A DNA stretch of 64,000 nt, from assembly GCA_965218585.1 (NCBI GenBank), contig CBDCLE010000009.1, forward strand, positions 1 through 64,000, given 5' to 3'. Below are positions 51,134 to 60,252 of the stretch, piece after piece. Position numbers and translations under genes: made by a program. How positions within the stretch are numbered: the stretch's first letter is position 1; each line of letters opens with the position of its first letter. Source of the stretch: Terriglobia bacterium. GTDB taxonomy: Bacteria; Acidobacteriota; Terriglobia; 20CM-2-55-15. Under the pieces are notes generated by a model. It was not told where the DNA came from. It ran no database searches and worked only from the letters and a program-made list of their open reading frames with translations.

Positions 51134-51624
51134 TTAGTCCTCTTCTCCCGCAGCGACTATGGCGGGGACGTGTTGTTCCAGGGCGCCGTGGACCATGTGG
51201 ATCATCCAGCTCCCGCCGGTCTGTTGGAGGACAACGCTGGCTGTCCCGGGAAGTGTTACCGGGTTCCCCTCGAATAGCGACACGAATTCATAGTTGAACG
51301 AAACCCAGCCGGTGTTCTCCCAGACCTCGCCGCGCATGCCCGAGATCTCGATACTCTCACCCTCGCCGGTGACCCTGCCGACTCATGCGGGAGCCGGCAG
51401 TGCATGCCCGTCTTCATCCAGGAAAAGGCGCCCTCCGCCAGCATGGCCATCAGAGCGTCTTCGTCGTGACTGTTGATGGCTTCGACGATGCCGTTGGCGA
51501 CATCCTGCATCGCCTGTGGGGGCGCGGCGCCTCGGCCTCGACCTCTGCCTCTTTGCGCCGAAGCCGGCACGCTGGCGAGGAATACGAGCGTCACGAGAAT
51601 TGTTACGAATTTGAGTCTGTTCAT
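51134..51624 (-). pseudogene. Secreted NTF2/SnoaL-like protein with one frameshift and one in-frame TGA
   Basis: MNRLKF...ASA|QRGRGRG...AINSHD--AL; -1 in the run at 51423-51426; then LDEDGHALPAPA*VGRV (TGA 51385-51383) continuing in frame into WVSFNY...GSWMIHMVH. Confidence 0.65.
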
Positions 51625-51746
51625 GGGGCTCCTTGTACTCGATCGTTCCTGAAAGTGTTGTTTTCGAGATCCCGTTCGGCGGGGCGGACCTCCATCCTGT
51701 TCGCTACAGTATGGATAGCAGAGGTGAAATTGACAAGAACGCTCTT

Positions 51747-51856
51747 CTGTAGGTTCCGGACTGTTTCCTAGCATGGGGCCCACCGTCCTCCGGACGGTTC
51801 CCCCATGCCCTGACCGCGCGTTCTTATTGACGTGCGGTCATAGACCGCACCTACAG
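51747..51856. repeat. Composite REP doublet containing the 41-bp hairpin
   Basis: CTGTAGGT..., TAGCATGGGG...CCCCATGCC (51769-51809), inverted perfect REP at 51832-51856. Confidence 0.78.
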
Positions 51857-52275
51857 TTAGCGCTGCTAAGGAGTCGTGGTGTTTTCGAGTTTTGAAGCCC
51901 GATGGCAGGGACTTCCTTGGACTCGGAAGGGAAGCTCCAGATATAGCCAAGAACGGCGGTCATCATTCCAACGAGCCCTATACGGACCCATAACGGGAGT
52001 GGGCCGAAGAACACCGGGTAACTCATCGTGAGAGCGACCAGGCTTGTTGCGATGCACTTCACGTGGAACCGGATCACGTGATTCCTCTGCCAGTCCTCCA
52101 GAACCGGACCGAAGAGGGGTTGGGAGAGCAACCATCTGTGCAGGGTTTTAGACCCCTTCGAAAAACAGAACGTGGACAGGATGACGAGGGGAGTCGTGGG
52201 CAACAATGGCAGGAAGATGCTAACGAAGGCGAGTCCCAGACAACCGAGGCCACAGCTTGTGTATACGAGTTTCAT
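51838..52275 (-). CDS. YbaN/DUF454 family membrane protein
   Basis: LPLLPTTPLVIL--CFSKGS--LHRWLL-P-FGP-L-DW; the stop lies inside the REP. Confidence 0.85.
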   Translation of the reverse strand: MKLVYTSCGLGCLGLAFVSIFLPLLPTTPLVILSTFCFSKGSKTLHRWLLSQPLFGPVLEDWQRNHVIRFHVKCIATSLVALTMSYPVFFGPLPLWVRIGLVGMMTAVLGYIWSFPSESKEVPAIGLQNSKTPRLLSSANCRCGL

Positions 52276-52446
52276 TCTTTCCTCTTCTGCTTGGTGCTCA
52301 GATATGCATACGCATTGCCAAAGTGATAGGAGAGGATGCCTGGGTTTAAGTGATTGGTACGTGTCGGGTTAGGTGTCGTCCGTGTCGAGGGAGGATTCCC
52401 GGCTGTGACGTGGGAGATCGGGCCAAGGCAGAAATTTGACAGGTCA

Positions 52447-52776
52447 CTAGGTCAAAAGCAACGCCACGACGCCCGCGAGCAGGAGCAGGACCGATCCGGC
52501 TAGAACAAGATTCCATACCCGCTGGCGCTTTTGAATCTTGAGGAGCACTTCGTCCTGTGCGTTGAGCATCTGAACCAGCACTTCGATATTGCGGTCCACC
52601 ACAGAAATGCGTTCGTCCACTGCTTGTCGCCATTGATCGATGTGTTCGGCATCTTTGGGTGGAGTGTGTCTTTTCTTGTTAGTCGCGCCAGACCGGAGAT
52701 CACTGATGATCTCCTGACCCACATCTGTAGTGGCAGCTTCGCGAATCAGGCCCAGGGCCAATCTAACCCAGCTCAT
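52447..52776 (-). CDS. Hypothetical protein with a coiled coil and C-terminal membrane anchor
   Basis: Overlaps the end of the upstream gene in operon fashion; hydrophobic C-terminus. Confidence 0.6.
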   Translation of the reverse strand: MSWVRLALGLIREAATTDVGQEIISDLRSGATNKKRHTPPKDAEHIDQWRQAVDERISVVDRNIEVLVQMLNAQDEVLLKIQKRQRVWNLVLAGSVLLLLAGVVALLLT

Positions 52777-53455
52777 CGTCGTAAAATTCCAGGGGATCGA
52801 CACGGTACTGGGCCCATTCCCAGGGTTCGGTCGAGTCCTCAAAATATCCGTTCACGTCTTCTTCGGTCAGATCCAGCGCTGTCGGAATCAGGCTCAGCGT
52901 GTTTCCGACAAGCTGCTTGTCCTCAGGTCTTCGAAAATGCGCGACAAGTCCGAGAAGATGGGCGTGCAACTGTCCGGCGAGACCGGAACTCTGAAGTTGT
53001 TTGCGCAATGCATCGAGGACGGTTTCCATCGAGTCGGGATGCAACACTCCAATCCCTTCCAACCCCGAAGCGGCCATGGATCGAATCGTGGGGTGAAGTC
53101 CCTCATCTTCTAACACGGACCGGAGAGGCTCGATCGCATCGCTTCCAATGCGGGAAAAGACCACAGGCAACTCTTCCAGGACGTCTTCGTTGTTCGTGCT
53201 GTAGGCCAGAAAAATAGCGTCGACCAGTTTAGGGAGCGAAGAGGCGGCTTTCATGATTCCCAACAGCTTCACTGCGTGGAAAACAGCTACCCGCCCTGCC
53301 TCATCGGTGTGCCAGAGCCGGACATTTCCCAGCAGTGTCTCCAGGCTGGGCGTGAAATTCTCTCCACGACCGAGTATTTCGGCGACGGTCTGGGAACTCA
53401 GTCGCACTTCGCCTTCCAGCAATCGGGTCAGCAGGTCCCTATCAGAGGTATTCAT
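52763..53455 (-). CDS. HEAT-like helical protein (DUF1186-like)
   Basis: HAVKLLG, EELPVVFSRIG--AIEPL, IRS-AA-GL; ATGA overlap with the upstream gene. Confidence 0.6.
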   Translation of the reverse strand: MNTSDRDLLTRLLEGEVRLSSQTVAEILGRGENFTPSLETLLGNVRLWHTDEAGRVAVFHAVKLLGIMKAASSLPKLVDAIFLAYSTNNEDVLEELPVVFSRIGSDAIEPLRSVLEDEGLHPTIRSMAASGLEGIGVLHPDSMETVLDALRKQLQSSGLAGQLHAHLLGLVAHFRRPEDKQLVGNTLSLIPTALDLTEEDVNGYFEDSTEPWEWAQYRVDPLEFYDDELG

Positions 53456-54219
53456 AGGTTTCCGGACTGGTCTTCTGAATTGATGGAAGCGTTCCTCTCT
53501 GCCAACCACACTTCGGTGGTGTAATCCAAATCGATCGCTCCTGGCTGGCTGCTCATTATGCGCTCAAGATCGCGTCCAAAGTCACTGAACTTCTCGTCCC
53601 CTATGATTCGAATATAGGATGTGCTTCGAGCCAGACCTTTCCAGGACTCGACCGACATGGCCTCAGTGTGATCGTAACCCTTACGCTCGATCATGCGGAA
53701 CAAATTGGTCTGCTCTACGACGCCCGACCAATCCTTATCCCGGTAAAGGTGACGGTGTTCTGGGTTGTAAGTCATGATAAGACGTTCGTATGCAACTGTA
53801 TGCGGATTGCTGGCCTGACGGGTATTCCAGTAGAGTGCGAGGTGCCCTGTGGGCTTGAGTATCCTTCGAAACTCCCTCAAAGCGGCTCGCGACTGGAACC
53901 AGTGGAACGACTGTCCACAGACGACGAGATCTGCGACAGATTCGGCAAGGGCGGTCTCCCGGGCCTGGGCGCACACTCTTTCCGCATCCCTTAAGATTGA
54001 TCCTGCACCGAGCATCTTCTCACCGGGATCCACGGCGATGACTCGAAAGTCGCGTTCCAGAAAGCCTGCCGAACCCTTGCCGGTTCCTGCTCCGACGTCC
54101 ACAATGACCGAATCGGGATTCAGCCTGCACCGGTCGATGAGAAAATCGAACAGTTCCCGAGGGTACGGGGGACGATAGGCGTCGTAGTCGGCCGAGCAAC
54201 TTTCGAATAGCAGTTTCAT
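53452..54219 (-). CDS. Class I SAM-dependent methyltransferase
   Basis: Y--YRPPYP, VDVGAGTG, GQSFHWF, RILKP-G-LALYWN. Confidence 0.88.
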   Translation of the reverse strand: MKLLFESCSADYDAYRPPYPRELFDFLIDRCRLNPDSVIVDVGAGTGKGSAGFLERDFRVIAVDPGEKMLGAGSILRDAERVCAQARETALAESVADLVVCGQSFHWFQSRAALREFRRILKPTGHLALYWNTRQASNPHTVAYERLIMTYNPEHRHLYRDKDWSGVVEQTNLFRMIERKGYDHTEAMSVESWKGLARSTSYIRIIGDEKFSDFGRDLERIMSSQPGAIDLDYTTEVWLAERNASINSEDQSGNL

Positions 54220-54241
54220 CACGTCATGAATTGATGTTGTT

Positions 54242-54889
54242 GTGAAAGATCGAGACATCCAACATGTTGTCCGGATTCTCCGAAAAGAGGTCCGGCGCTG
54301 GCCCGTTCCTGCGATTGGCCACTACACCCGGACTCCGTTTACAACACTTGTGTCCTGCATTCTCAGCCTGAGAACTCAGGACAGGACCACCAGTCAGGCC
54401 AGTGAACGTCTTTTTAACGTTGCCGAAACGCCGGGTGCGATCCGCAAACTCTCTCGGAAGAAAATTGAACGCCTCATTTATCCGGTTTCTTTCTACCGGG
54501 TGAAAGCTGGCACAATTCGCGAGATTTCATCGATCTTGCTGAAACGTTACGAAGGTGCTGTGCCCGACAGGCTGGACGAACTGCTTACGCTGCCAGGCGT
54601 AGGGCGAAAGACCGCCAACATCGTCGTGACGCTGGCGTTCAATAAGCCCGGCATAGCCGTCGACATCCATGTCCATCGAATCTCAAACCGCCTCGGATAC
54701 GTCTCTACAAAGACTCCGGACGAGACGGAGACGAGGTTGCGGGCGAAACTGCCCCGTAGATACTGGATCGTCATCAACGACCTGCTCGTCGCCTTTGGTC
54801 AGAACCTGTGCAAGCCCGTCAGCCCACACTGTTCAATCTGCCCCGTCGAGCGTTACTGCGAACGCGTTGGAGTGAATCGGAGTCGCTAG
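54242..54889 (+). CDS. nth: Endonuclease III (HhH-GPD, 4Fe-4S)
   Basis: LSLRTQD, LPGVGRKTAN, AVDIHVHRISNRLG, C-x6-C-x2-C-x5-C. Confidence 0.93.
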   Translation: MKDRDIQHVVRILRKEVRRWPVPAIGHYTRTPFTTLVSCILSLRTQDRTTSQASERLFNVAETPGAIRKLSRKKIERLIYPVSFYRVKAGTIREISSILLKRYEGAVPDRLDELLTLPGVGRKTANIVVTLAFNKPGIAVDIHVHRISNRLGYVSTKTPDETETRLRAKLPRRYWIVINDLLVAFGQNLCKPVSPHCSICPVERYCERVGVNRSR

Positions 54890-54904
54890 CTAGGGCGGTA
54901 TTGC

Positions 54905-55273
54905 TTACTCGCCCCGGAGGACCCGGGCCAGGCGCTGGAGTAAGGATTCGGGAAGTTGTGTGTGTCTGGACAATGCCGCCAACTCTTCGTCCTTGTTCTC
55001 TTCGATCGGCGCGTCCAGGATGTGACGGCACGAGTTGCATCCATCACTCCCGTAAACGACACGGGCCTTTTTCGAGTATGCGATCAGTCGAATGGATTCG
55101 CTGTCTCTGAGCGGATGTCCGCTTGCCTGATAGCCGTCGGGAGCCGCCAGCCAGACTTCCGGTTCCTCTCCGCGTTCAGCTGCAACGACCTGACGGATTG
55201 AATCCACATCAAAATCGATCAGTTTCCTGGCTTCTTCGGATAACTCTTTGTTGTTGTCGTAGTAGATCTTCAT
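54905..55273 (-). CDS. Hypothetical protein with a DGCNSC motif
   Basis: Plausible 122-aa ORF with a CxxC motif; start position uncertain. Confidence 0.55.
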   Translation of the reverse strand: MKIYYDNNKELSEEARKLIDFDVDSIRQVVAAERGEEPEVWLAAPDGYQASGHPLRDSESIRLIAYSKKARVVYGSDGCNSCRHILDAPIEENKDEELAALSRHTQLPESLLQRLARVLRGE

Positions 55274-55353
55274 AGCAATACACGAATGGCCTGCGACGAT
55301 ATTCTTCATGTTATCACAATGAAATTGAAGCCTTTCGGCTGTCGGAGAGGGGT

Positions 55354-55405
55354 TTAATTCGGGGACAGTGAGCAATTAATTAATTGCTCACTGTCCCCGA
55401 ATTAA
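55354..55405. repeat. Perfect 52-bp palindrome
   Basis: TTAATTCGGGGACAGTGAGCAATTAA|TTAATTGCTCACTGTCCCCGAATTAA. Confidence 0.95.
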
Positions 55406-56353
55406 CGGCCGCTTTCTGGGCGTCTTTTTCCAGAGTTCTTCACGTATTCGCCGGACGTGTTCGGGCCCGGTTCCACAACACCCTCCGGCCACGTTGAGCC
55501 AGCCCCTGTCAGCGAATTGGGCCAGTGACAGGGCGATCCGATCGGGTGTGTCCGGATACTGTCCGCTGGGTCCGGGAAGTCCCGCGTTCGGATGACACGT
55601 CACAAACGACGTGGCGACTTCAGAGAGTTGCTCCAGATGAGATTCCATCACGCTCGGGCCCAGCGAACAGTTGATGCCGACAGCAAAGACGCCGTGCTCT
55701 GCGACTGACTGCCAGAAGTCCCCGATCGTTTCGCCCGAAGGCAGGACCCCGGCCCCGTTGATCGTAGCGGAAATCACAACAGGAATCCGATGCCCCCGGG
55801 TGCTGAAGCATTGGTCAAAGGCATCCAGTGCGGCAATCGCGTTGCGGGTGTCAAAAACCGTTTCCAACAGCAGGACATCGACACCGCCATCCAGCAGGCC
55901 GAGAACCTGTTGGGCGTACGCTTCGGCTGGGGCATCGGGAGCAGAGACGGCCCCTGCAACGAAACGCGGCCTGTTGGGCACGGCTTTCTCCACTCGGTCC
56001 CGAACGCTGGAGGCCAGCTCGGCTGCGGCCAGATTGACGGCGTAGACATTCTCCGCCAACCCGTAGCCTCCCATCGAAAGGAGGTTCGCTCTGAACGTGT
56101 TCGTCGTGATGATGTCCGCGCCGGCCTCGAGATATTCCAGATGGATCGATCGAATCAGATCGAGCTGTGTGATCGAAAGCATCTCGTAGTTGCCCATCAC
56201 AGGTGCATCGTGGTTTCGGAATTCTGCGCCCCGATAGTGCGCCTCGCTTAGAGCGTATGCCTGGATTCGGGTTGCCATGGCGCCATCGAGGATCGCGATC
56301 CGCTCCTCAAGGAGGTCTTGGAGCATTACCCTCCGGTCTGGACTTAGAGTCAT
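55388..56353 (-). CDS. Stand-alone homocysteine S-methyltransferase domain (MetH N-terminal-like)
   Basis: ILDGAMAT, YLEAGADII-TNTF, LLETVFD, GINCSLGP, PNAGLP, GGCCGT. Confidence 0.88.
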   Translation of the reverse strand: MTLSPDRRVMLQDLLEERIAILDGAMATRIQAYALSEAHYRGAEFRNHDAPVMGNYEMLSITQLDLIRSIHLEYLEAGADIITTNTFRANLLSMGGYGLAENVYAVNLAAAELASSVRDRVEKAVPNRPRFVAGAVSAPDAPAEAYAQQVLGLLDGGVDVLLLETVFDTRNAIAALDAFDQCFSTRGHRIPVVISATINGAGVLPSGETIGDFWQSVAEHGVFAVGINCSLGPSVMESHLEQLSEVATSFVTCHPNAGLPGPSGQYPDTPDRIALSLAQFADRGWLNVAGGCCGTGPEHVRRIREELWKKTPRKRPLIRGQ

Positions 56354-56405
56354 CTGTACTATTGTAGTGTCGGGATACACCCGGGAAGTGAAAAGCGGAG
56401 GCCAT

Positions 56406-57365
56406 ATGACGGATGTTTCTCTCAAGCAGACGGCCCGGACGCTTCTGATGATCCGGCCCGCCAGCTTTGGCTTCAATGAAGAGACCGCAGGAACGAACCT
56501 GTTTCAGTCACGGCCCGGCGAAACAGATGCCGACTCTGTTTCCGATCTCGCAGTCCAGGAGTTCGATGACCTGGTCGATACGATCCGCAAGGCCGGTTCG
56601 GAAGTCATCGTCGTTCGAGACCGGCCCGAACCTTTGACAACAGACGCCGTCTTCCCAAACAACTGGATATCTTTTCATTCCGACGGAACCGTTGTGTTGT
56701 ATCCGATGCACGCTCCGAGCCGACGACTGGAACGGCGCGACGACATTGTCCCGATGCTCGAAGGAAGCCACGGGTTCGATGTCACGCGCATCGTCGACCT
56801 CGGCCATCATGAAAAGGAAGGCCGGTATCTGGAGGGTACCGGCAGCATTGTCTTCGACCACATGAACCGTTCAGCCTACGCCTGCCTCTCGGCGAGAACC
56901 GATCCCGCACTTGTTGACGAGCTTGCCAAAGTATTGGGATATGAGCCTGTTGTGTTTCATGCGTCGGACAGGGAAGGGAACGATGTCTATCACACGAATG
57001 TCGTCATGAGTATCGGAATTGACTTTGCCGTTGTGGCGACCGATGCCATTGCCGATTCCCAAGAGCGTCGAAGGGTCGTCGAGGGTCTGGAGGCCACGGG
57101 CCGCCACCTGGTCCGGATTGATCTTGACCAGATGACACGGTTCGGGGCCAACATATTGGAAATCGAAGGCCGGGAGGGCGATCGAGCCCTCGTGATGTCC
57201 ACCTCAGCCCGCGATGCCTTCAAGCCGGAGCAGGTTGCGATCCTGGAAGACTCCGCAAGGATCGTCGCGCCACCACTTCCGACGATCGAAGCCGTGGGTG
57301 GGGGAAGTGCCCGATGCATGCTGGCCGAGGTGTTTCTGCCCGGGAAAGTGGGAGATGCTCTATAG
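56406..57365 (+). CDS. Amidinotransferase-superfamily hydrolase (CtlX-like)
   Basis: MIRPASFGFN-ETA-TN-FQ, DAVFPNNWISFH, LEGTGS, YHTNV, GGGSARCM. Confidence 0.88.
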   Translation: MTDVSLKQTARTLLMIRPASFGFNEETAGTNLFQSRPGETDADSVSDLAVQEFDDLVDTIRKAGSEVIVVRDRPEPLTTDAVFPNNWISFHSDGTVVLYPMHAPSRRLERRDDIVPMLEGSHGFDVTRIVDLGHHEKEGRYLEGTGSIVFDHMNRSAYACLSARTDPALVDELAKVLGYEPVVFHASDREGNDVYHTNVVMSIGIDFAVVATDAIADSQERRRVVEGLEATGRHLVRIDLDQMTRFGANILEIEGREGDRALVMSTSARDAFKPEQVAILEDSARIVAPPLPTIEAVGGGSARCMLAEVFLPGKVGDAL

Positions 57366-58094
57366 GCCGGCGAGATACCGAGTGCCGCCCAGGGCCCTGA
57401 CAGCTTCCATAATCTGGTTTGTCCGTCCGAGGACATACTCTGAAGGGTCCGCCGCCGACATCCGCTTGGGATTGGGCAGAACCGCAACAAGTGTGGCAGC
57501 CTCCTCGGGCGTCAGCTCCCGGGAGGGCTTTCCAAAGATGTGTTGGCCCGCCGCGCCTGCTCCGAAGATCCCGGGCCCGAATTCAGCAACGTTCAGGTAG
57601 ACCTCGAGAATCCGTTGCTTGGGCCAGAGCAGTTCAATCCAAAGAGTCAGGTAGGCTTCCGCACCTTTCCGAACGAAATTCTGTCCGGGTGAGAGGAACA
57701 GGTTCTTGGCCACCTGCTGAGATATCGTGCTGGCACCACGAAGCCGCCCTCCATCCCGGTTCGATTCGAGCGCGTCCGCAATTGCGTCCAGATCGAAGCC
57801 ATGATGCGTTGGGAATTTTTGGTCTTCTGTTGCCACGGCAGCTATCGCCAACTCCGGTGAGATTTCAGACCATGGGATCCACTGGTAGTGGACGGGGTCG
57901 TCCGTGGCGGCGCGTTCCCGAAGAATAAAAGCTGTCGTCGGGGGAGCGATCCAACGCCACGGAAGAGTGAGAGCGATACTGGCGAGGAGAATGACGAGAA
58001 CCGACCCGGCTGCGATACGAGCCACACGTCCAAACGAGCGTTTCTTCCTGGGGGCCTCGGGCGACGAGTGACGAAACAGCTGTCGGTCGACCAC
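57360..58094 (-). CDS. mtgA: Monofunctional peptidoglycan transglycosylase
   Basis: EDQKF--HHGFD, RGASTISQQVAKNLFL, RKGAE, RILEVYLN, LPNP. Confidence 0.95.
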   Translation of the reverse strand: MVDRQLFRHSSPEAPRKKRSFGRVARIAAGSVLVILLASIALTLPWRWIAPPTTAFILRERAATDDPVHYQWIPWSEISPELAIAAVATEDQKFPTHHGFDLDAIADALESNRDGGRLRGASTISQQVAKNLFLSPGQNFVRKGAEAYLTLWIELLWPKQRILEVYLNVAEFGPGIFGAGAAGQHIFGKPSRELTPEEAATLVAVLPNPKRMSAADPSEYVLGRTNQIMEAVRALGGTRYLAGL

Positions 58095-58316
58095 TGGATA
58101 ACTCCTGCTCCGGAATTCGTTCCATCCATTCTAATCGAACTCACCTAGAAGGCCTTTTATCCTGAATCTTTATCTTTCACTTAAATAGAATTCAGATACG
58201 GATGCAGTCGACTCGCTGCTCAGTTCGAACGACATTCCGTTTGCTGAAAAATAGTCGCCGAGATCTATAATGCTCTCGGAGATCAAACGAAAAGAATACC
58301 GGCAAGGAGAGGGTCC

Positions 58317-60224
58317 ATGGACAATTCTAAGAAGGGTGCTCTTGATCGTCGCAAGTTCTTGAAAGGCGCGGCCGTGGGCGCGGCAGCTCTGGTTACCGAG
58401 GCCCCGGCGGCAAAGGCACAACAGGCCGAACTGGCGCGTCCCACCGCGACGGTTCCATCTGCGAGCCAACTGGCCGCTGAGACCGAAGCCGTTCCTATTT
58501 CAGCAGACGTGTTAACCTCGGGACGCCCGACGTCCGACTACATGGTGGATGTCCTCAAGTCCCTGGATTTCGAGTACATCTGTTCGAATCCGGGATCGAG
58601 TTTCTGCGGGCTTCACGAATCGTTCATAAACTACGGTGGAAACAGGAGCCCGGAATGGATCACCTGTCTTCACGAGGAACAATCGGTTGCCATCGCTGAC
58701 GGTTACGCACAGATCGAGGGTAAGCCTCTCCTGGTGATGGCTCACGGAACGGTTGGCATCCAGCATGCATCGATGGCGATTTACAACTCTTTCGCCTCGC
58801 GAATTCCTGTATACATCATTGCCGGTAACAGTCTTGACGCGACCGAACGCAGGCCCGGTGTGGAGTGGGTGCACAGTGTTCAGAATGCAGCCGCCATGGT
58901 CCGCGACTACATTAAATGGGACGACACGCCGCTTTCTCTCCCACACTTCGCCGAGTCGGCTGTCCGTGCATACAGAATCGCGATGTCCAGCCCGATGGCT
59001 CCTGTAGTGTTGGTGGGCGACAGCGGACTGCAGGAAACTCCGGTTCCGGACGGGAACGATTTTCGAATTCCGAAATTGACCGTGCCCTCGCCGCCACAGG
59101 GCGAATCGGGAGCTGTGGCAGAAGTGGCACAGCTTCTCGTGGATGCGGAAAACCCGGTGATCGTTGCCGGGGACGTCATCCGCTCCCAGGAGGGCATGGA
59201 TCAGCTGGTCGAACTGGCTGAGTTGCTCCAGTCCCGTGTCCAGGGTGGACGGAATATGCCCACTCTCCATCCCTTCAACCAGGGTGGTGGCATCGGCAAC
59301 GCCGACGTAATAGTCGGTTTTGAAGTCTGGGATCTGTGGGGAACGCTCAATTTGATGCGGGATCAGTTGCATCGAACCGTGACGCCAAGAATCCAGGCAG
59401 ACGCCAAAGTCGTCAGTATTTCGACGAAGGACCTGTACCTGAAGAGCAACTACCAGGGCTTCCAGCGTTATCCTGAGGTCGACATCGCGATTGCTGCGGA
59501 TGCGGAAGCCACATTGCCTTCCTTGATCGAAGCGTGCCGCCGTCTGATCACGCCGGACCGTAGACGGACCCTCGATGAGCGAGGGAGAGCGTTGAGGGCC
59601 AGCAAGGAACGAGCCTTGGAGCGGGCGAGACGGGATGCCGCATACGGATGGAATTCCAGTCCCATCAGCACTGCCCGTGTGTCGGCTGAGTTGTGGGACC
59701 TGATCAAGGACAAGGACTGGGCCAGTGCGGGAGCGGAGAGCCCCCTGTGGGATTCGACGAGACATTACCAGAGGCTCGGCGGAGGGCGAGCAGCCGGCGT
59801 AGGCTACCACGCGCCTGCTGCCCTCGGTGCTGCACTCGCTCACAAAAAGCATGGCCGGCTCCTCGTCAGTCGCCAGAACGATGGTGACCTGATGTATGTT
59901 CCGGGAACGTTGTGGACAGCTGCACACCACCGTATTCCCATGTTGAGCGTCATGCGCAACAATCGGGCATATCATCAAGAAGTCATGCACCTGCAGCGTA
60001 TGGCCAACCGCTATCAGAGGGGGGCAACTGCGGCAAGCATCGACATCGGCACCAAGATCGAAGATCCCAACATCGACTTCGGGATGATGGCACGCAGCAT
60101 GGGCGTGTACGGTGAAGGACCGATCACCAATCCAAACGATCTTAGGCCAGCCCTCAGGCGGGCAATTGAAGCGGTGGAAGGTGGCGAAGTCGCTCTCGTC
60201 GACGTCGTGACGCAGCCTCGATAA
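58317..60224 (+). CDS. Thiamine diphosphate-binding enzyme (acetolactate synthase/benzoylformate decarboxylase superfamily) with Tat signal
   Basis: DRRKFLKG leader, NPGSSF-GLHES, CLHEE, NDGD-x-NN cofactor motif, IDF--MARSMG. Confidence 0.88.
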   Translation: MDNSKKGALDRRKFLKGAAVGAAALVTEAPAAKAQQAELARPTATVPSASQLAAETEAVPISADVLTSGRPTSDYMVDVLKSLDFEYICSNPGSSFCGLHESFINYGGNRSPEWITCLHEEQSVAIADGYAQIEGKPLLVMAHGTVGIQHASMAIYNSFASRIPVYIIAGNSLDATERRPGVEWVHSVQNAAAMVRDYIKWDDTPLSLPHFAESAVRAYRIAMSSPMAPVVLVGDSGLQETPVPDGNDFRIPKLTVPSPPQGESGAVAEVAQLLVDAENPVIVAGDVIRSQEGMDQLVELAELLQSRVQGGRNMPTLHPFNQGGGIGNADVIVGFEVWDLWGTLNLMRDQLHRTVTPRIQADAKVVSISTKDLYLKSNYQGFQRYPEVDIAIAADAEATLPSLIEACRRLITPDRRRTLDERGRALRASKERALERARRDAAYGWNSSPISTARVSAELWDLIKDKDWASAGAESPLWDSTRHYQRLGGGRAAGVGYHAPAALGAALAHKKHGRLLVSRQNDGDLMYVPGTLWTAAHHRIPMLSVMRNNRAYHQEVMHLQRMANRYQRGATAASIDIGTKIEDPNIDFGMMARSMGVYGEGPITNPNDLRPALRRAIEAVEGGEVALVDVVTQPR

Positions 60225-60252
60225 GGAGGCTCGGTTCCGGGAGGCTTACCGA

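Noticed and set aside
23461-51856. CRISPR array or integron attC cassettes
   Set aside because: The repeats are dispersed, with no regular spacers, cas genes, integrase or RYYYAAC/GTTRRRY ends. They fit REPs.
58512-59990. Long antisense ORFs (492 aa here; also 10280-11188, 14755-15636, 34748-35716, 28589-29527)
   Set aside because: They are shadows of well-supported genes on the opposite strand in GC-rich DNA and contain no recognisable motifs.
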